A stretch of DNA of 64,000 nt from an uncultured Bacteroidota bacterium (GTDB lineage Bacteria > Bacteroidota > Bacteroidia > Flavobacteriales > BACL11): assembly GCA_902587125.1 (NCBI GenBank), contig CACIJW010000005.1, forward strand, positions 8,809 to 72,808. The letters run 5' to 3'. The notes under the pieces were generated by a model. It had not been told where the DNA came from. It made no database searches and was given only the letters and a program-made list of their open reading frames with translations. The position numbers and the translations under genes are program-made. Shown here in pieces: positions 60,440 to 64,000 of the stretch; the first letter of the stretch is position 1; every line of letters begins with the position of its first letter.

Positions 60440-61182
60440 TGGTGAAAAATATCTAATGTGTCTGCTCTAAGTCCAAGCCTAAGGCACTCAAGTGCAATAA
60501 CTTCATCAGAAGGGATATTACCCAAATTCACATTTGTTCCTAATTTTCTAATAAACCATGACTGTTGGCCTTTAAGCGGAGTTTCCCAAATTATCTTGTT
60601 CGTATCGATTTTGGAGACAATAACATTGAATAGTTTTTCATCGATTTGGAAATTAGAATCATATATGCCTGTATTTCCTGATTCTCTTGATTCAGCAATG
60701 ACTTTCCATGAACCTGAGCTGATTTCGCTAGTCATCTGTCCAACCCAATCTTTATTTGATAAAGCATAGCAGTCAAGTTTAGATCCTACCTCAGAGATAA
60801 CTTTAAACTCTCTACTTAGTTGATTAATAATTTTACATTTTTCTTGATGATCTATTTTAATTGAACCATCAGAAATTTCAATAATATTTAGTTCATGTTT
60901 TTTGTTGAATTTTATGAAATCATTAATTTTTTTCTTTAGAAAGAATAGTTCAAAAAGAGTTCCTCCAAAAAAGACATCTATTTTTTTTTGCTTGAAAATT
61001 TTTATTTTTTCTGCTAAATTTTTTGTGATTAGTGAAGACCCAAATCCAATTTTAACCATGTCAACATAATCACCTGCTTTTTCAACTAAACTCTCAGATT
61101 CTGCAAGGCTTAACCCTTTATCTATTACCATAGTTATACCGACATTCCTTGGTTTTAATGGTCTTACGGGTAAGTTGATCAT
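60436..61182 (-). CDS. comA: Phosphosulfolactate synthase (ComA family)
   Basis: GITMVIDKGL, EISDG, SEVGSK, ESRESG, IWETP..QQ, NVNLGNI, LECLRLGLRADT. Confidence 0.88.
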   Translation of the reverse strand: MINLPVRPLKPRNVGITMVIDKGLSLAESESLVEKAGDYVDMVKIGFGSSLITKNLAEKIKIFKQKKIDVFFGGTLFELFFLKKKINDFIKFNKKHELNIIEISDGSIKIDHQEKCKIINQLSREFKVISEVGSKLDCYALSNKDWVGQMTSEISSGSWKVIAESRESGNTGIYDSNFQIDEKLFNVIVSKIDTNKIIWETPLKGQQSWFIRKLGTNVNLGNIPSDEVIALECLRLGLRADTLDIFHQ

Positions 61183-61201
61183 TTTATTTAAAAATTTAAT
61201 A

Positions 61202-61209
61202 CAAATATA
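61202..61209 (-). promoter_or_regulatory. -7 promoter element (TATATTTG) for comA-DUF368-aroE-uvrB
   Basis: Exact TAnnTTTG 19 nt before the comA ATG. Confidence 0.55.
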
Positions 61210-61237
61210 AATAACTATATCTCAATTTTATTTATTA

Positions 61238-61245
61238 TAATTTTG
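61238..61245 (+). promoter_or_regulatory. -7 promoter element (TAATTTTG) for glmM-iscS
   Basis: Exact TAnnTTTG 14 nt before the glmM ATG. Confidence 0.55.
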
Positions 61246-61259
61246 TTAAAATTTAAATT

Positions 61260-62633
61260 ATGACATTAATTAAATCAATTTCAGGAATTAGGGGAACTAT
61301 TGGTGGTGATATAGGTAATTCACTTACGCCTAATGATGTTGTTAGTTTTACTGCTGCGTACGCTGTTTGGATTAAATCAAAAAACCTGAGCAATACTGTT
61401 ATAATTGGAAGAGATAGCCGTGTTTCTGGGAAAATGATTTCTAATTTAGTTTGTTCTACGTTACAATTATCTGGAATTGATGTCATAGATATTGGCTTAT
61501 CTACAACACCTACTGTTGAAATTTCAGTGCTTGAGAATAACTATTCGGGTGGAATTATAATAACGGCCAGTCATAATCCTGGAAATTGGAACGCATTGAA
61601 ACTTCTTAATAGTAGTGGAGAGTTTATTTCAGCATCAGATGGCCACGAAATATTAAAAATAGCTTCAAATAAAACATTTGATTATGTTGATGTTTCATTA
61701 CTCGGTAAATATAAGCTTGATGAAAATTTTAATGATTTCCATATTGACAAAATATTAGACCTTGACCTAGTTAATAAAGAAGCAATCAAAAAAGCTAAAT
61801 TAAATATTGTCATTGATGCAGTGAATTCAACAGGAGGTTTTATGATTCCTAAACTACTTGAAAAGTTGGGAGTAAGCTATCACAAATTATATTGTGAACC
61901 CAATGGAATTTTTCCACATAACCCTGAACCATTAGCGGAAAATCTGTCTGAAATATCAACCCAAGTTATAAACAATGGATCTCACCTGGGTTTAGTTGTT
62001 GATCCTGATGTTGATCGTCTTGCAATTGTTTGTGAAGATGGTTCAATGTTTGGTGAAGAATACACATTGGTTAGTGTGGCAGATTATATTCTTTCAAAGA
62101 AAAAAGGTTCAACAGTTTCAAATTTATCATCAACAAGAGCATTAAAAGATATTACCGAAAAATATGGATGTAATTATTTCCCCTCTGCAGTTGGTGAGGT
62201 TAATGTTGTTGAATGCATGAAAATCAATAATGCTGTTATTGGTGGGGAGGGAAATGGTGGAGTAATTTTACCGGACTTACACTATGGAAGAGATGCGCTA
62301 GTTGGAATTGCTTTATTTCTATCACTTTACGCCGAGAAAGGTTTAAAAGCTAGTGTTTTAAGAGATAGTTATCCTAAGTATTATATGACAAAAAATAAAG
62401 TTGAATTGGATGATGAAAACAAAATTCAAAATGTATTTGATTATTTACTTTTAGAGTATGATTATGCTCATATAAATAAGATTGATGGTGTCAAATTCGA
62501 TTTTGAAACTGGATGGGTACACGTTAGAAGATCAAATACTGAGCCAATAATTAGAATATATTCCGAATTTAACAACAAAGCTGATTTAGAAAAATTTTCT
62601 AAAGAATTTATTACTAAAATTAATGCCTTTTAA
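61260..62633 (+). CDS. glmM: Phosphoglucosamine mutase (alpha-D-phosphohexomutase)
   Basis: SISGIRG, IGRDSR, TASHNP, DPDVDR, GEGNGG, VRRSNTEP. Confidence 0.85.
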   Translation: MTLIKSISGIRGTIGGDIGNSLTPNDVVSFTAAYAVWIKSKNLSNTVIIGRDSRVSGKMISNLVCSTLQLSGIDVIDIGLSTTPTVEISVLENNYSGGIIITASHNPGNWNALKLLNSSGEFISASDGHEILKIASNKTFDYVDVSLLGKYKLDENFNDFHIDKILDLDLVNKEAIKKAKLNIVIDAVNSTGGFMIPKLLEKLGVSYHKLYCEPNGIFPHNPEPLAENLSEISTQVINNGSHLGLVVDPDVDRLAIVCEDGSMFGEEYTLVSVADYILSKKKGSTVSNLSSTRALKDITEKYGCNYFPSAVGEVNVVECMKINNAVIGGEGNGGVILPDLHYGRDALVGIALFLSLYAEKGLKASVLRDSYPKYYMTKNKVELDDENKIQNVFDYLLLEYDYAHINKIDGVKFDFETGWVHVRRSNTEPIIRIYSEFNNKADLEKFSKEFITKINAF

Positions 62634-63767
62634 ATGGATGTATATTTTGATAATGCAGCTTCAACAATTATAACGAAAGAAGTTTTAGATGAAATGATTA
62701 AATGTCAAAAAGATATTTTTGCTAATCCATCATCAGTTCACAAGTTTGGAAGAAAAGCAAAAACTATCATTGAAAACTGCAGATCTATAATTTCTAGCAA
62801 ACTTAAAACAAGTCCAGGTAATATTTTTTTTACCTCTGGTGGTACTGAAGGAGATAATATGGCCATATTCAGTATTGCAAGAAGTAAAAAAATAAAAAAT
62901 ATAATTACCTCAAGAATTGAACACCCTGCTGTACTTCAACCCATTGAGCACTTGATGAAAAATGAAAAAATCTTTTCTCATTTTGTTGATACTGATAAAA
63001 ATGGCAATATCGATTATCAACATCTCAGTTGTTTATTATCCAAATTTGAATCTAATACTCTAGTTAGTTTAATGCATGCAAATAATGAAATTGGAATAAT
63101 AAATGACATAAAAAAAATTGGAGAAATCTGTAAAAAAAATAACGCTTTTTTTCATTCAGATGCTGTGCAGACAGTTTGTCATTATGAAATAGATTTATCA
63201 GCAATATATATCAATTCAATAGCTGCATCTGCTCATAAATTTCATGGACCTAAAGGTGTTGGTTTTATATATCTCTCCGAAGATACAATGATTGACCCCT
63301 ACATTTTCGGTGGTGGTCAGGAAAGAAATATGAGAGCTGGTACAGAAAATATTTCATCTATTCTAGGAATGACCAAAGCATTTGAAATTGCATATAAAAA
63401 CTTGGAAGAAGAGTCTAAATATATTTATAGTTTAAAAGAGTATATGGTCGAAAAATTAAAAAATGAATTTTCTGGTATTTCGTTCAATGGATTATCTGAA
63501 TTTTCAGAAAAAAGTTTAAATACTGTCCTTTCAGTTAATTTTCCTAAATCAAAGAGTTCAGAAATGCTATTATTTAATCTTGATATTGCGGGTGTAATGT
63601 GCAGTGGTGGTAGTGCTTGTTCTTCAGGAACACAAATTAAATCTCCTGTACTTTCTGAGATAAATCCTGAATTTGATGGAAAGACAGTTAGATTTTCATT
63701 TAGTAAATTGAATAACATAAAGGAAATTGATTATACAATTTCAGTTCTTAAAAAACTTATTCTTTAA
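62634..63767 (+). CDS. iscS: Cysteine desulfurase (class V aminotransferase)
   Basis: YFDNAAST, ANPSS, FTSGGTE, EHPAV, ANNEIG, SAHKFHGPKG, RAGTEN, SGGSACSSG. Confidence 0.9.
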   Translation: MDVYFDNAASTIITKEVLDEMIKCQKDIFANPSSVHKFGRKAKTIIENCRSIISSKLKTSPGNIFFTSGGTEGDNMAIFSIARSKKIKNIITSRIEHPAVLQPIEHLMKNEKIFSHFVDTDKNGNIDYQHLSCLLSKFESNTLVSLMHANNEIGIINDIKKIGEICKKNNAFFHSDAVQTVCHYEIDLSAIYINSIAASAHKFHGPKGVGFIYLSEDTMIDPYIFGGGQERNMRAGTENISSILGMTKAFEIAYKNLEEESKYIYSLKEYMVEKLKNEFSGISFNGLSEFSEKSLNTVLSVNFPKSKSSEMLLFNLDIAGVMCSGGSACSSGTQIKSPVLSEINPEFDGKTVRFSFSKLNNIKEIDYTISVLKKLIL

Positions 63768-64000
63768 TAATTATCTTTTTTATCCTAAAAGAAGTATAAG
63801 CAAGAATCAAAGTCATTATTGGACTTATTAGGTTAAAAAAGCAAAAAGGAAGATAAGCTATAGTGCTTACACCAAGAATAGCTGATTGAGTAGCTCCACA
63901 AGTGTTCCAGGGAACAAGAACTGATGTAACTGTTCCTGAATCTTCTAAACTTCTACTGAGATTTAAACTAGATAATTTATTTTCACTATAGTTTTTTTTA
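63757..64000 (-). CDS. nhaC: Na+/H+ antiporter NhaC family, C-terminal fragment (gene runs off the window)
   Basis: Manual translation ..NLSRSLEDSGTVTSVLVPWNTCGA..ILGV...AYLPFCFFNLISP..KE*; stop at 63757-63759. Confidence 0.85.
   Translation of the reverse strand, partial: KKNYSENKLSSLNLSRSLEDSGTVTSVLVPWNTCGATQSAILGVSTIAYLPFCFFNLISPIMTLILAYTSFRIKKIIIKE

Noticed and set aside
3078-63718. About 45 short ORFs in the track lying antisense to, or in another frame within, long genes (e.g. 6800-7177, 29249-29533, 47472-47795, 55645-55929, 56327-56743, 60458-60769)
   Set aside because: They lie largely or wholly inside well-supported genes, are F/S/L/I-rich as expected for shadows of K/E/N-rich AT-biased genes, and carry no recognisable motifs.
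1-64000. tRNA, rRNA, tmRNA, riboswitch, IS or prophage elements; alternative genetic code
   Set aside because: No intergenic gap holds a GC-rich structured RNA, there are no transposase or integrase motifs, and TGA is used as a stop (e.g. rlmD) while TGG encodes the conserved Trp residues.

Overview
Very AT-rich (roughly 25-30% GC by eye, not computed), gene-dense housekeeping region of a Bacteroidota genome, most likely a streamlined Flavobacteriales. The lineage call rests on the repeated TAnnTTTG -7 promoter element, the lack of Shine-Dalgarno sites, and typical gene orders (parA-parB-DUF5683-dapB-lepB-wbqC; nusB-DUF1573-yajC; rpmG-DUF4295-ftsY). It holds about 64 CDSs for DNA repair and replication (addAB, uvrA, uvrB, nth, recA, mutL, parAB, dnaA), translation, cell envelope and amino-acid metabolism. 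I found no rRNA, tRNA, CRISPR array, integrase, transposase or phage gene. The most notable observations are: (1) a single-chain methylmalonyl-CoA mutase with a shrunken small subunit fused in front of the catalytic subunit; (2) a 9-bp DnaA-box-like motif (TGTTAATAA) in the promoter regions of uvrA/ECF sigma, recA, parA and dnaA; (3) an ECF sigma-small protein-nth-recA unit divergent from uvrA; (4) an acidic Cys-repeat lipoprotein plus M1 aminopeptidase splitting rpmB from rpmG; (5) an unannotated 39-aa membrane protein coupled to rlmD and two likely leaderless transcripts. All functional calls come from motif recognition by eye; no searches were run.
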